Positions 32,000-48,901 of a stretch of DNA of 64,000 nt are shown piece after piece; position 1 is the first letter of the stretch, and every line of letters starts with the position of its first letter. Position numbers and translations under genes: made by a program. The notes below the pieces were generated by a model. It had not been told where the DNA came from and did not search any database. It saw only the letters and a list, made by a program, of their open reading frames with translations. This DNA is from the human T2T-CHM13v2.0 reference genome, Homo sapiens: the NCBI RefSeq assembly GCF_009914755.1, contig NC_060937.1, one strand, 5' to 3'.

Positions 32000-33446
32000 T
32001 GATATTTATCATGAAATATGAAAAAAAGTGCAGACAAATAAGACATGTCTTACATCCATCATGTAAGACCATGCAAAGCCAATAAAACTTTCCAACCATA
32101 TTGGACATACACTGTCCTTTCCCACCTCCTTACTATTTTCCACATACTTTCCCCTAATTCTTATCAACATTCTGTTTTCCTTTCAAGGATAGATTTGAAT
32201 ACCAGCATTGTCTAACTTAACCCCATCCACAAACCCCATCCTCTAGCTTGAAGTTTCTCCATATCTTGCCACTGTCTATTTTCAACCCTTCCTTTCTGCT
32301 TCCTCCCTGCAGGAGCTCATTGGTTTGCTCAAGTATGTCTTCTCACTGTCTTTGCAATGCCAGGCACAATCTAACATCTGTTTCATTGTAATTATCATTT
32401 TTTCCATGGTCTAAAATGTTTTCCTCTTTTCTACTACTTTAACATGACCTATATTTTAAGATCAGAACAAAGTCCTTGTCCTTCTCAACTCCTTTTCTGG
32501 CTATGAAAGTCTATTATTATTTCAGTCTGTTCAGCTACTTTGAGTCTATAACTCTTCTTTAGCATTTTTGTTATTTGTATGATTTATTATCTTTTTAATG
32601 AATTTTATCTTTCAACTAAATTATAAGTTTTTTTATAGGCTGTGTGTCTTCAACTTCTTCATATTCTCCTATGAGTCTGTAATAGCAGTCTTCTAATTCT
32701 AATGTTTCATGGTGAAATTCAATATACGAAGGAAAGATTCTACAGGCTGGAGTAATACACAGAGTTATATTCTAATGTGCAGCTTAGTTCAATATCTGGG
32801 TCATACTTTCACTTCTGAAATCTCTTACCAGATGGTGAGCATCTAGATGGCGAGGTGTATCATGTATCTTTGTATTCCTAGTTGACAGTAAATTAATATT
32901 TGTTGAATTAATAATTAGGAAAGAACTTTCTTGTAATATCAGAAATCATGATATACTTCTGCTCCAGCCTCATAGCATTGTCTCCTTTTTTTTTTTTTTT
33001 TTTGGATGTGCTTTTAAAAACTGTAGTATCAATAGGGCTGCTTAGAACTGGACATAGCACCTCGCATATACCCTGTTATTTCATACCTCTATGTCTTTGC
33101 TTATGCAGTTCCTTCTACCTGGAATGCTCTTTCCATCTTTCTTTACTTGGCCAGCTTTAACTCATTCTTCAAGCCCCAGTTCAGAGTAATCTCCTCTAGG
33201 AAATCCTACCAGAACCCTTAGGAGTTGTCACTCCTCTATATTTCCAGAGCACCCTCTACACACCTGTATTTTAGCACTTATTATATAGTGCTGAAATGTT
33301 CTGTTCACATATCTGTCTCCCTTATTAAACTACACACTCCTCCAGGTTAACACTGTGACATGGCCTGACTGTTATTTGTCAGTATAACCCTTACTTATCC
33401 CCCATCTTGCACAGAGTCTTGTATAATATCATAGGCATTCAAGAAA

Positions 33447-33680
33447 TGTGGTTCTTAATCAGGAGTGCTTTTGTTTGTCAGGGTTCATTTGGCAGTGCCT
33501 GCAGATATTTTTGGTTGTCACAACTGGGAGGGGGTGGGAGTTGCTACTGGCGTCTGGTGAGTAGAGGTCAGGGGTGCTGCTAAATATCTTACCATGCACA
33601 GGACAGCCTCTACTCCCCTGGAACAAATAATTACACAGTCTAAAATATCAGTTGTGCTGAAGCTAAGAAATTTTGGCTTA
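33447..33680 (+). mobile_element. MER20
   Basis: ttttggttgtcacaactggg...tgctactggcgtctggtgagtagaggtcaggggtgctgctaaatatc. Confidence 0.8.
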
Positions 33681-36600
33681 AACTGTGAGGTGAAAAAGCG
33701 TTGTTTGCTAGAAGCAATGCTTTGGAAATGTTAGAGGACATGCTCTCATCTCTACATTATTTGTTTTTCAGGAAGACTTTTAGATATGCATTAACAGTTG
33801 GGAATGAACATCTAATAACAGCAACTTCTGATATGCTAGTGAAATGGCTTGGTGTCTAAGTGTGATCAATGTTGGAAATTAGAAGTTAAAAGCTTTTGTT
33901 CATGCAGGGTTCTGTAGGTTTCCTAAAAACCTCTCTACACAACTCTAGGAGTTAGATTCAGCTGAATTTTAAAAGATCAAATCTTTGGATGTGAAAAATC
34001 AATCCCACAGGGATTTAGAATAGCTTCTCCTGGTCATTTATGAACTGAACTGGATAACTTTGTGAATTTTATGTACTAAATGTAGCCATACTCCCACATA
34101 AAACTGCAGGGGAACCGTACTTACGCAGGAGAGACTCTGCTATGTAACTGCACGCAAACACAGCTTTCAAATGACTTCAACTCACCTACTTAGACCAAAG
34201 AGGCTGTCAGTTAATTTAACAAATTATCCCTGTTCCCTGATCTTTGAGCCATAAAAATTGTTCATCTGCTCAGTCACAGGCCATTTAATTTTGGATGCAT
34301 CGTTGCCAGTTGGTTACAGTAATTAGCATTCCCTATATTGTGGCGGCTTCCCTGAAGCTATGCTAAGTAGGGTTACACTTTTGTGTGGAAACATAAGCTG
34401 GGTTGTGCAAATGAGCCTGGCCACCCATCTTAGAGACAGAAGCCCTAACTACCGTCTTCTTGGCTCGGGGTGCCTTCCAGGCCCACCTGCAGATCTTATT
34501 TACTGATTATTAATGACGAGAACTGTAGGCAGCTGTGAAAGGCACAGCATGGCAACTCAAAACTGCAACTCAAAACTATCCTCTGTGGGACTGTAATTTT
34601 CTTGAATGACACCTGACTTCATTTTAATTTCTTTCTTTGCTCCAAATGCACTTGTGCTGGAGAAATGCAATAGAAATTCAATGAGCTCCATGTTTAATAG
34701 ACAGACTTCCAACATTTGTTGGTGCATCTGTTAGTTTCCTGGCAGAAGTGGGGCATTTGGAGAGGAAATACACATTTGTGTTTGTTCCAGAGTTGGCACA
34801 CAACCTATAAGGCGATGATTCAGCAGGGCCTCTGCAGAGGTACCAAAGAAAAAGGTTACCTGGTGGTTCACTAGTTGCCAGTCTATGGAGATCCTGTAAT
34901 ACATGGCTTCAAAAATCAAATTTGACTGAATAAATGTTCATCTTCAAACATCATCAGTGTTCATGCTTAGATCATATTTTAATTTCAGTTTAGAGGGACA
35001 CGGTTTTCTGCATAAATGTCTGAAAATGAATTGGTCTCATTAGGAATGAAAACTGGATTTAGTTTTGTGAAATACCCACCTCTGCACTTTTGTTTGTACA
35101 TCTGCAGAGCTTTGGTTTCCTAGGAAACCACCATGCAAGAGTTTGTAAGAAGGGTTCACCACACGTTGCTTTATATCCCGGATGGTTTTATTTCTTTTCT
35201 AATATACTAGAAAGTAATATTTCACCAGTAGAATTCATTTTTGCATAGTTGATTTTCAGATTAATAGGACAAACACCTTGAATGTAATTAAGAATAGGTT
35301 ATGTTGTTTTCTTCTATTTGACGGATGCTAATGCAAATATGGGGCTTTAGCTCATATTAGTTGCGTTCTTGTCTTTTACTGCAAGGCTGAATTGTTCAAA
35401 TGAATAAAAGCATCTTAAGTTGAAAGTTTGGGGGTAAGGAACTTATACATTTTATGATGGATTAGCCATTTTGCTGTCCTATTTAATCATCATATTCTGT
35501 AAGCCTGGTGAACTCCATTAATTAAAAAATGATCTACATAGTCTAGGTACAATTAATCTTTATTTGCATACATTTTGAGGTAAAATAAACAGTACAAATA
35601 GAGAAAAGAACCACTTTCAGCACTTGGTGATGTTGCATGCAGTGGGTGATTATGACTGACCAGATGAAGACAAGGAATACGCTGGTTAGTGTTGTTTTAC
35701 TTTACATTTCTTAATAGGAATCTACAGAGGATTATTTTTATAAATGTGAACACAAGCACCAAAGCTCAATAAGACCAATGGATTTGGAGAAGAAAAAATA
35801 GACCCAAGTCCAGTAATTTCTTCTTTCATTTGCTACCAAAAATAAAGGGAAAAAAGGAAAGACAGGGAATGCCCAGCAGAATAGTCGCAGCAGGAAGAGC
35901 AAGGAGAAAAAGGACTTCAGGACCCCATTTTGAAATTCCTTTAGACTACATCACAAGAAATACAGTAACAGAAAAAAGTGGAACAACTTCTTATTGCCCA
36001 TGATGTATTTCTGTTCGAGAGGGTATCTTTTAATATCATACCAGGATAGAAAATCTAAGGTCTGCTTCCAATTGCCTGCTACTATTATTCATTTTTTTTA
36101 AGGCAACAAAAACAGTCTGTTTTTGATAGGGGAGGAGGAAAGAATGTAAATACTTGTCTAAGAGTATTGTGGTGAATGGCCTTTGGAAAGCTTTATTGAC
36201 AAGCTCAACCTCAATTATAAATGAAGGGACAGGCAAAGTGTTTGTAAAGACAGTCTTTTTATTGGGGTCTCCCAGCAGGTTATTCTGTTCAATGTCCAGA
36301 ATGAATCAAGAAAGTGAGGAATTCAGAGCCTCTAAAATTCTGTGCTTCATTCTGTCATCCTCAATGGCTATGGAGGGTGGGGGGATAAGACTCTTTGGAG
36401 AGTAAGCAATTTCTTAGGTGATTGCAAGGAACTTTTATTTTGGCCAAGAAGACTTTTTGTAGGGGAGTCAGTGGGATAGGAAGAAACAAAAATTCTGAGT
36501 TTTTGAACTTCACAAGGCTATTTCTTGTATTGAACAATACACATATTTTGCTCAGTCTCATCCGTTATCAATAACAATTCATACCTCCTAATAGTATCTC

Positions 36601-37522
36601 AGCAAACTGTATCAAAGGTGGTGAGAAAATAAAATGATGGTAATAGTCATAAAATTATGTAATGTAAGAACTGAAAGGAATCTTTAACATCGTTAAAACA
36701 CAGAAAATTAATTAATAAGAAGTAAGTTTCTTCCTAGTAAATAAGTAAAGCATATTTTTTGCTTTATTGTGGCTTGTTTTCAAAAATTCTCTGAAGTCAA
36801 TGCTTATCACTGCAATTCTGAGTCAGGGTTTGGGGGATCTAAATCTGGCCCAACTTTCCATGAGGACAATATTCAATACTGGAAGTTATCCTTGGAAGGC
36901 AAATCAATTCTCCAGCCATTCTGGATTTTCAAATCTATTACCAAGTGGATTTGGAGTGGAAGTGGGGAGGGTTTATCATTAATGAATACATTTGCACTCT
37001 GATGGCGATACTTTGGTTGGTGCAAATTTAAGGGAATATTTATTAAAAAAATTAATCTGAGACAGGTTTGACTTGCTGGCTGGTATTAAAGTGTACCTGG
37101 TACTTGTTTTAATCATGTATACTAAGACCAACAGATAAGGAGAGGACTGTCATGAAGAAAGAAGTTTTTTTTTTTTTACTAACAATTCCCTGGAACCAGG
37201 AGACACAGCACACAGGATCATATGGGGAAGCACCTGCGTCAGTCAGGAGGCAGAAGAAGGGAGGGAAAGCATGGTCCCAAACTTTTATTGTGGTTTCTGT
37301 GGGAAGGGCAAGGCAGGGGAGGGGAAATACCTTAGGGTCTTAGTTGGAATAATTTTGGTGGGCTCTGAGCTACAGTCATCCAGTACCTGGCCCCGGAATG
37401 ATTAAGGGTGAAGGAAATACTGACTTGGTATGTGAGAGTTAACAAAGGTGGTGTTTAGGGGTATGGGCTTGGGATAAATTGGTTTGTCTGTGAAAGGTGT
37501 TCTGGTATTCTAGTGGGGAAGT

Positions 37523-38864
37523 TGTAAAGGAGTGAAGGATGTGCTACCCCAATATATGACTAATTAATATATTATTTTGAGTTGAAAATGATACAAACAG
37601 GAGGCAAGGAAATACTGGGCAGAAGAGGATGGTTCCCTGGTAAAGGCCTTACTCTCAAGCCTGGAAACCCATGGGCTTAAATGGGAATAGCCATTCCTGT
37701 TTTTGTGCCCAAATGTTGCCTTTTGGCCCACCATGTCCCTCTATCCTACACCCATATAAACCCCAACCCCTGGCTCCATGAACAGAAGAACAGACAAACA
37801 GAAGAGTGGCAGAGCAGCAGAACAGCATGGCAGAGGAGAAGAGAAGAGAAGGAGTGTCTGAACATTGAAAGGAGATCGGTTGACGATGGTCGGAGAGGAG
37901 ATAGGCTGCTGGACAGCCAAACTCCAGGAGATGGTCACCTTCCCACTCCATCCCCTTTCCAGCTCCCAATTCATTGTGCTGAGGGCCACTTCCACGACTC
38001 AATAAAACCCCAGCATTCACCATCCTTAAAGTCTATGTGTGATCTGATTCTTCCTGAACACTGGGCACGAACCTGGGTACCAAGAAGGCACTGAGCTGGC
38101 TAACACTTAAGCTGTCTGCTGATGGCAGAGCTAAAGGAGCACTGTAACACACCCACTGGGGCTTCTGGAGTTGCAGGCACCCACTCCTAGATTCTACTGT
38201 AGGGCCAGAGCCCAACAGCACTTGCCTCAGCTCCTGCATCTGCCCATCTGCTTGCTCCCCCTCCCATAACTGTTTGAGCATGGGGCCTGAACAGACGAGC
38301 CACACCTCTGTCGCATGTCCTGTGAGGGAAGCCAGGGAACTCTCCCATTTTAAAAACGTGGGAGAAATTGTAATTTCAGAAAAAGTGGGCTAACCTGTCT
38401 CTTCCTGCATGGAGCAAAGTGATAAAGATTCCTTTGGGAGAGGTACTCTCTCCATACCAGGGTGAACAAATAGCTTTTATCACCAGAGAGTTGGAATTAG
38501 AAGCTACGAAGGACCTGAATAAACATACTTAACGAAGCAACCCTTATCCCCTATATGTTGTATACTTTCCCCACATATATCTCCTAATGACGCCCCTAGA
38601 AATTTACTGCCCCAGCCTGATTTTCTTTATTCTGTCATTTCTTCTCCAATTTATCACTTTTTGTCCAAAAAGTACAGAAGCATCTTGCTTTAGCCACTTC
38701 ATCAGACTTCACTCTCTCATGAAGACCCCCATGTACATGTACACCTAACAAAATCTACGTACTTTTCTCTTGTTAATCTGCCTGGGGTCAATTTGGTTTC
38801 TAGATCCAGCTGAGGAGCCCACCAAGGGCAAAAGGATGGTTAGGAGTGATCTCTGACTCCTACA
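37523..38864 (+). mobile_element. ERV1-type LTR (family uncertain), split by MER50-like LTR
   Basis: gtgctaccccaatatatg...gagttgaaaa resumes at 38353 and ends ctcctaca. Confidence 0.55.
37589..38352 (+). mobile_element. MER50-like ERV1 LTR
   Basis: tgatacaaacaggaggcaaggaaatactgggcagaagagg...gggaactctcccatttta; 4-bp TSD aaaa; TATAAA and AATAAA present. Confidence 0.75.
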
Positions 38865-39621
38865 TTTGGTATCTCCAGGAATTTGCTAACTCTGGGAAGG
38901 GCAGTCTCTTCCCTGGTCTCCAAGGCTCCCAATATTTCAAAGCATAATGAAATACAAAAAAAAAAAAGAGGAAAACATGACTAATACACTGGCTCTGTTT
39001 CAATCGTGAATCCCTATACTGTAGGGCTGAGCTGCATTCGAAGGTGAGATCTTGAAGTTGTCTAGATGTTGACCTTTCACTCAGAAGGGGTAGTGGAACC
39101 TTGATAACAGATGGGAGATTATTTTAAACGTTTGACCAAATAACACTCAAGGGAATATAATAATCACAATGATCTATTGATTCATCACTCTGTGTCAGAA
39201 ACTATGTTATGCGCTTTGCATATATTGACAACCTCACAATGTAGGCACTGATATCTCCATTGTAATATGAATAAACAAAAGCTTATAGTGGTTTAGCAAC
39301 ATGTCTATGGTTACTTTACCAATAAGGAGTGGAGGAGCAGGAATTTGAATCCAGCCCTGACCACTGAGGCCAAGATGTATACTCTTAACCTCTACACCCA
39401 GACCGATATTTCACAAAGTAGTAAAAAAGAAATAACAACAACAAAGATAAAGGGACTGACTGAGAGCTGACAGCATTTTAGTTTTGCAAAGATAAACCAT
39501 TTCAAAGAAGGCAATTTTAATACGCTATCCAAACAAAAGAAAGGACATTTTAAAGACAGAAAAAGTAAGAAAAGATACAATCTCAGAATACAAAGCAACT
39601 GGTTTCCATGGAAATAAACAG

Positions 39622-41518
<1,897 letters not shown>

Positions 41519-42661
41519 TCACTACAGTGCCTTTACTTTTCTTCTTCCACTGGGGATGGTCTCTGATAGGCATGAGTCTAGGGTTGGTGCTGGGCCACAG
41601 AGAAGTGCTGAGTGGTGATGGTGGGCCCTGACACCTATTGGCACTGGTTGGGATCTGTTATCAGGTACCCCAAGAGGCCATCCCCCAGTGTTGTAAAAAC
41701 AGACACAAAGTTTGAGTGCCAGATGGGAGCTATATAACTTTTTCTAGAAACACCATTTTCAGAAGTCCAGATGAAATTCTCAACCAGAGATGAAAGGAAT
41801 TTAAGGAAAATATGAAGAGAAAGGAAAAGATTTGGTATTCTGTTTGAGTGAAAGGCAACAAGAAAAATGGTTTGTTCATATGATAAAATTTAGCAAAGCT
41901 GATGAGAAAAAAGGTGAGGGATGATTGAATAAGACCATGTGAACTTTTTGCAAAGATGACTGGTGACCAAATGTCCTACATCCTCATTAAGGACAAAAAG
42001 GGGACATCGGCTAAAATAGCATCAGGGAGGTAATAAATCAGACATAAAGAGTTCATGATGAGTCTAAGATTTCTGAAATAGTGGAATTAAGAGTAAGAAG
42101 CCTCGTTCTGACTCCTTGGCCTCATTAATTCTTTGCTGTTGACCAATATGAATGACGGAATTCATTTTTCTGATCCTCTCATTGTTATTTGGAGCTGAAG
42201 TTGAGTTCTAGGACAGGTTCTTTCTATTTGTCACCTTGCATTTTTCACTCTGATAATTTTTTTTCATTTATTTTTCATAACTATATGCAAGATTGGAATA
42301 AGGAACTTTCTTTTTTAAAGTTGCAGGAGACAAATATCGTATATTGGAGAGGAAGAGATCCTACGTACATCTCAGTTCGGCCTTTAGAAATGATAGCAGT
42401 AGTATGTCTATAGACACATAACTAATACTAATTATCTATGACTGCAACATTATGTCAAGAAATACATAATTCAACAATTCAGGAAATGGCTTGGGGGTGG
42501 AGGCAAGTCTGAGTTTTATGATAAGGGCCTAGCAAAGTCAACCACAGTGTGTGATAGTCTGGTACTCAGGAAACCTAAGTTCTTGCTTTTGCTTTTTCTC
42601 CATCAATAGTTTTGGGAATGTTAGCTTTCTCTCTGCACATTTACACCTTTGCACTTACCTT

Positions 42662-42970
42662 GTTTTTTTTTTTTTTTTTTTTTTTTTGGAGATGGAGTCT
42701 CACTCCGTTGCCCAGGCTGGAGTGCAGAGGTGCGATCCTGGCTCACTGCAACCTCCGCCTCACAGGTTCAAGTGATTCTCCTGCCTCAGTTTCCTGAGTA
42801 CCTGGGATTACAGTCATGCATCACCATTCCCAGCTAATTTTGTATATTTAGTAAAGACAGGATTTCACCACATTAGCCAGGCTGATCTCAAACTCCCGAC
42901 CTCAGGTGATCGGCCCACCTCGGTCTCCCAGAGTACTGGGATTACAGGTGTGAGCCACCACACCCAGCCT
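42662..42970 (-). mobile_element. AluS
   Basis: polyT plus reverse Alu; flanks tgcact(t/c)acc resemble a TSD. Confidence 0.92.
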
Positions 42971-45261
42971 GCACTCACCGTGTTATCCACTTTGAGTAGC
43001 AAGGTCACTGTCTCTTGTTAACAAATATGGTAGAAGTCTTAAATTGCCTTTTTCCTGAATTTAAGGAGAAAATGTTATTTCACCATCAAGTATAATATTA
43101 GCCGTAGTGTTTTTGTAAATGCTGTGGATCAGGTTAAGGTAGTTCCCTTCTATTCACAGTTTGATGGGACTTTTTATCATGAAGAGATGTTGAATTTTGT
43201 TAAATATTTTTCTGTATGAATTGATATAAATATGTGAGTTTTTAAAAAAGACTTAATATAATAATTACATTGATTAATTTTTGAATATTGAGCTAGCCTT
43301 GAGCAATAATTTTAAAATATTTCTTTTGCATTTAAATTATACATACAATATGTGCTTATTGTAGAACATTCAGAAAATATAAAAATTACAAGAAATTAAC
43401 TAAAAATCACCTGAAATCTCCCTACCCAGTCATAATATTGTTAATACATCCATGCAGTTTTTAAGGAACATTTATGTAATTATATTTTTAAAGAGTTAGG
43501 ATTAAAACCACATACATGTACAACATACATCTTCCTTTTGTTTAAGTGATGTTTTATCTTGAGGTTTTTTTAAAAAAATTGTTAAAATATTTCAGGTATG
43601 CTTTTGCTTCTGCAGTTTTGTACTGTCTTTAGTGTGAAATGCTCATTGACAATTAGGTTTTGCTTTGTTTTGCTTGCTATTTGTTTTTCATTATTATAAA
43701 GTTGTACTAAGCATCTCCACACATAATTTTTACTACATTTTAAACAAATCACTTAGTATTTATTACTAGAAGCAAAATTATGGGCTCCTAGCATATCAAT
43801 ATATTTAAAGTTATTGATACCAGGAATAGCAGTTACAAAAGTGTTTTTGTCATTTTTCATTAATGAACTTTATTTTTTAGAACAGGTTTAGGTTCACAGC
43901 AAAACTGAGCAGAAAGTACTCATCTGCCCCTGTCCCACACATGTACAACCTCTGCCACTATTGACTTCCTACACCTCAGTGGTACCTTTTTTACCATCAA
44001 TAAATCTACCTGGATACGTCGTTAGCACCCAAAATCCATAGCTTATGTTAGGGTTCACTTTTGGTGTTGTGTATTTGATAGGTTTTGGCAAATGTTACTA
44101 CCTTTTAAAATATTTTTATCAAATCGATATTGCTGTCTCATATTTTAAAATTTACAGTTTTATTTCTATTTAGGAGATTTTTGTATATCCTATTGTATTT
44201 TTCATGTTTATTTACTTTGTTCATGTTATCAAAATGCTTTTGTTTGTTATTGAGTTGCAAAAAAAACCTTTTTGTATATTAAGCCATTTCATACCTTTTC
44301 TGTTCTTATTTATGTTTTCCTCTAATTTGTTATTTAATTTTGCAGTTTGCAGTATACACACACATATTTTAAATTTTCATTTAGCCAAATATTAATTTGC
44401 TAAAATTTTAAATAGTTTCAATAGCTTTTCTATTGATTTAAAATGATTTTTCTGATCATCTTCCAATCTTCAAATGAGGACAGTTTTTTCTCTTCCTGTT
44501 CCTTTCCTTTGCAATATGTACACACATCTTGTTTCTTATTTTTCTTTTTGCATTGGCTAAGGTTTCCAGAACTTTGTTAAACATAGCAATGATAGTGAAC
44601 ATATATATTTTATTTCTATCTTTAATTATCAAGTGTCTTACCATTTAGAATGATCTTTATCATTGGTTCCTAATTTTTCACACAATGAGAGTGTTTCTTT
44701 CTATTTCTAGGTTACAACATACTTTTATCAGCAATGGCTCATTCCTGATTTCAATGGGAATACCACTAATTTTTGACTCTGTTTACTCTCAGCACCTATG
44801 CACTAGGATGGAACCTCAAACTATTTAGTTTAGTTTACTAAGTAAGCATGTCTTAGGATTCTTTTTGACAGCAGCCAAAAAGAAGGACCTATTAAGAGTC
44901 CCTCTCTGGTGTTTTTGTACTCTTCAGCAGTACATCTAGACCACAAAAATCAATCCAGACTTTAGTTGCTGAAAGCTGTGTATTCACGAGAAGGTCTGGA
45001 GAAAAAACTAAGTCTCCCAATTATCAGAGGCTTCTACTATTGCCACCATGTGGCAAAACTCTGAGAACCAGACACTCCTGTTTTTCACTCTTTTCCCCTT
45101 GGATTAGGAATGCCTCAGGACAACCGCTCCAGTCTCTTGCTTTTCAGGGCCCAAATACCTCCCACCACCCCAGTCTACCTGGGGACTGCTGATATCAATT
45201 GTTAGAAATCCTGTGACCAACTAAATCTCTGATTCCAGTCCACTTGGAATTGAAGATTCTT

Positions 45262-45749
<488 letters not shown>

Positions 45750-48700
45750 TAAAAGGAGTAGAGAAGAGGAGAGATCAGGTTATTATCCAATCTTTTGTCA
45801 GATGAAGGGGTTTGCTCTCTTTCTTGAAAGCCATTATGGCAAAGTGGGTAACAACAAAAAATCTGCGTCCTGAAAATATGAGTTTGAATCCTGACTCCAA
45901 CAACACCTTTAAAAAAAGAGCTACCTCCAACTTCAAATTGGAGTTTGTGAGTAGAAGCAATTTCTGTATCTCAGCTAGAAACCAGTGAGAGAAGAACAAG
46001 GTCTCTATTGAAGTCAGGACCTAGGTTCCCCAGAAACTCAGCTATTTTGCTTTATAGTCTCCATGACTTTAAAGTGCTTTTAAGATGGGTAAGATCTAAT
46101 GTGATCTGTGTTTGGCACTTTCTAATGAATGTTACTCGAGGTAGAAGAGTGATGCGACGTAATTACCATATTATAGAATATATCCAGTGTCTCTCATTGT
46201 AATCCTTGTTATTTTCATAAAGCGACGGCAGCCCAGAGTCAGTGGAAGGCACCGTGTGAGTGGTCCACTGGGAGAGCTTCCACTCTCAGTAATCAGCCTG
46301 GAGGCCTTGGCTCAGCACCTGGGTGATGGGCCTATATCTTAAAGAGCATCGGTAGAGCTGCTTTGAGAAAGACCTATGCCCACAAAGTTCCCTAAGTTAA
46401 TTTTTTTTTTTTAAACTGCTGAGGAGCTGCCCTCATTTGCATTGACTCTCAATGACCTACCTTCAGGCAAACGTCCGCCTGCTGTCAGAGGTGTGGTTTA
46501 AAATAGAACTGTGTATTTAATGAATAACAATTTCTATATATGCGTTTCGGTGGTATTTCATGCAAGCATTTACAAGCGTGTGATCCTGGATCAACTAGGC
46601 TGCAGGTAGAAGACTGGCACAAGTTAGTTGGTAGATGAGGTAGTGCTAATGATAACAGGGCTGCTCCTCAAAGCCTTTGTGGACTTCCCTCCTGAAACCA
46701 CCCTTGTTCATTTCATTAACGTGATTATAGCCTTTTCATTTTTTCTTTTATATACTCGCTTGTGACTTAGATCATTAGCACATGCCCTTTGCAACAGCGG
46801 ATGCTGACTTGAGGTGAGAGAGAAACAGCAGGAGAGAACGAACTTGTAAAGAAATCAGACTTCATGGTAGCCTTGCAGTTTGAAAACAGACATAGAAAAA
46901 TAGAGACAATATCACAAATAAGCAAAGGTATTGTTGATTCGAAATTTTGCAAATAATTGCCTGGATGAAGGCAATTCTTAATGTAGAAAAATGTCCTTAG
47001 GGGATTGGGGAATAAAAGGAAGCCACCTGAGATATTAAAGTTTAGGAAAACAACTATTTAGCACGCACAGTGGTTACTTTTTCTGCTGTATTCTAATGTA
47101 TGTAAATGTAGTTCATATTGTAACAATACTCTCATAGCAAGTCCAAATGAAGGCAATATAGGTGGCACTTTGATGTTGTCTTGATCTGAAATTACAGTTA
47201 TGAGTCGTGACAACATACAGATAGTGCAGGGAGAGCATATTGATTTTTTTATACTCATTTTAAAATAGAGAAAAGTGTTGTATTCCAAATGATGTGATTA
47301 GGCTAACTATTAACATCATAAAGCTCTCTATAAGATTTGCTTTTTATGTGTTTTGGACAAACAAATCAATATTGAATTCCGTTGTTAGTCTACTGTATGC
47401 TTGTATGTTTGGGCATTATTTAAATTAAATATTAAGAAAGGAGAGTGATCTCTTGATCTTACATAACCAATTCAAAGATATTTTTTTCTAGAGCCATTAA
47501 ACTTTATTTCAACATAAGCCTTAAATATGTGCTGCCCCTTAACTTGATCATTGATCTTTTTTGTGCATCTATGGTTGTAATTATGTTGTAGAAATCCAGT
47601 TGACTTGGAGGTAGTAGTGATTAAAACTTGGAAATTCATAGTCTTGCTAAAATATCCTGATGTGATTGCTCAGTTATCAAGTGTACACTGTACATAGAAT
47701 TCTTTAGGTTGTAGAGGAATCATAAACATTTTAGAAATCTTGATCCCTAGCCTGAAGGAAAAAGAAAGGAAACTGTCATGTATGTAGTATCTATTCTCCA
47801 CCAACTGTTAGGTTATCTTTATGTTATCTGAAATAACTCATAAAACAAACCCCTAAGGCAAGTATTAATATTATTATCCTTGTTTACAAAAGGGAAAACT
47901 GAACCTCCAAAAAAGTCAGTCTTTCAAGATCACTCAACTTATTAGGGGCCAAACCAGGATTCAAACTCACTTCTATCTCATGTCAAAACCTTACCTTTTC
48001 CAATAGAAAGAAATAAAGCATATGTTTCAGTATTTTGCCATCATTACAGCTTTACAGACCAGTGTATAGGTACAGACGAGGTGCTACAGGAGTCAATCTG
48101 AGTTGCAGTTAATCCAGGAACACTTTTTGGAGAGGATATTTTAAACACTTTATTTGTGTGTATTACCAGCACCCTCCTTTGCCTGACATTGTTATTTTTC
48201 TACAACGACTCTCTTCTGGCTTGTAGAATCTTTATGCTAAGTTACTAACAAAGCTGAAGTATGGCCATTTCCCTGAAATCATAGATGTAAAATAGCAGTT
48301 TCTATTTCTAGCGGTCTCTGTGGAGCCACATTTTTTGATTCACATTACAACTCTACAAAATGTGAACTTTGAAAGCAGAACATCATGAATAAAAAATAGA
48401 TTGTTCACTCGAGGCAAAATGGGATAGCAACAAACTAACTCACATCTATACTGGTCATATCCTGGTATTATTTATTACAGCTCCTTCCTTTCTTCCCAAA
48501 TTACCCACGTCAACAACTTTGATGAGTTTATATACTTTGTTGATTTTATGTGGATTTCTCAGAAATGCTAGTAAACCAACTTCTGGATGGTAATTCTTAA
48601 CAGTTGTGTTTACGGACAAGAGTGAAAAATAAGAACCCTCACAAGCAGATGAAATTAACCTGGACTTCCCATGCAGTGGCATCTTTCATGATATATCAAT

Positions 48701-48814
48701 TTCAAAATTTTGCCACTGCTATTTCAGAGTGGCACTGTCTGCTGTGGACAAGAATTCAGTTCAGTAATATGAGTGGCAATGCTCTCACTATGGAAGGCTG
48801 TGCAACTTTCCTGT

Positions 48815-48901
48815 ATTCTTGTAATATTTGTTTCCTGTTAAATTAAATAATCCCATCTTTTGTTTATATGAAATATTGAGTTTATTAACGCAAACGTTCG
48901 G
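48815..48901 (+). repeat. 87-bp dispersed duplication, copy 1
   Basis: Matches 50680-50766 at 86/87 bases. Confidence 0.95.

Larger units (their letters stand above)
37081..38988 (-). mobile_element. ERVL LTR (MER76/MER21-like), outermost of a nested trio
   Basis: TG...CA ends with exact 5-bp TSD ctggc (37076-80, 38989-93); minus-strand start tgtattagtcatgttttc...gatgctttga-like. Confidence 0.65.
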
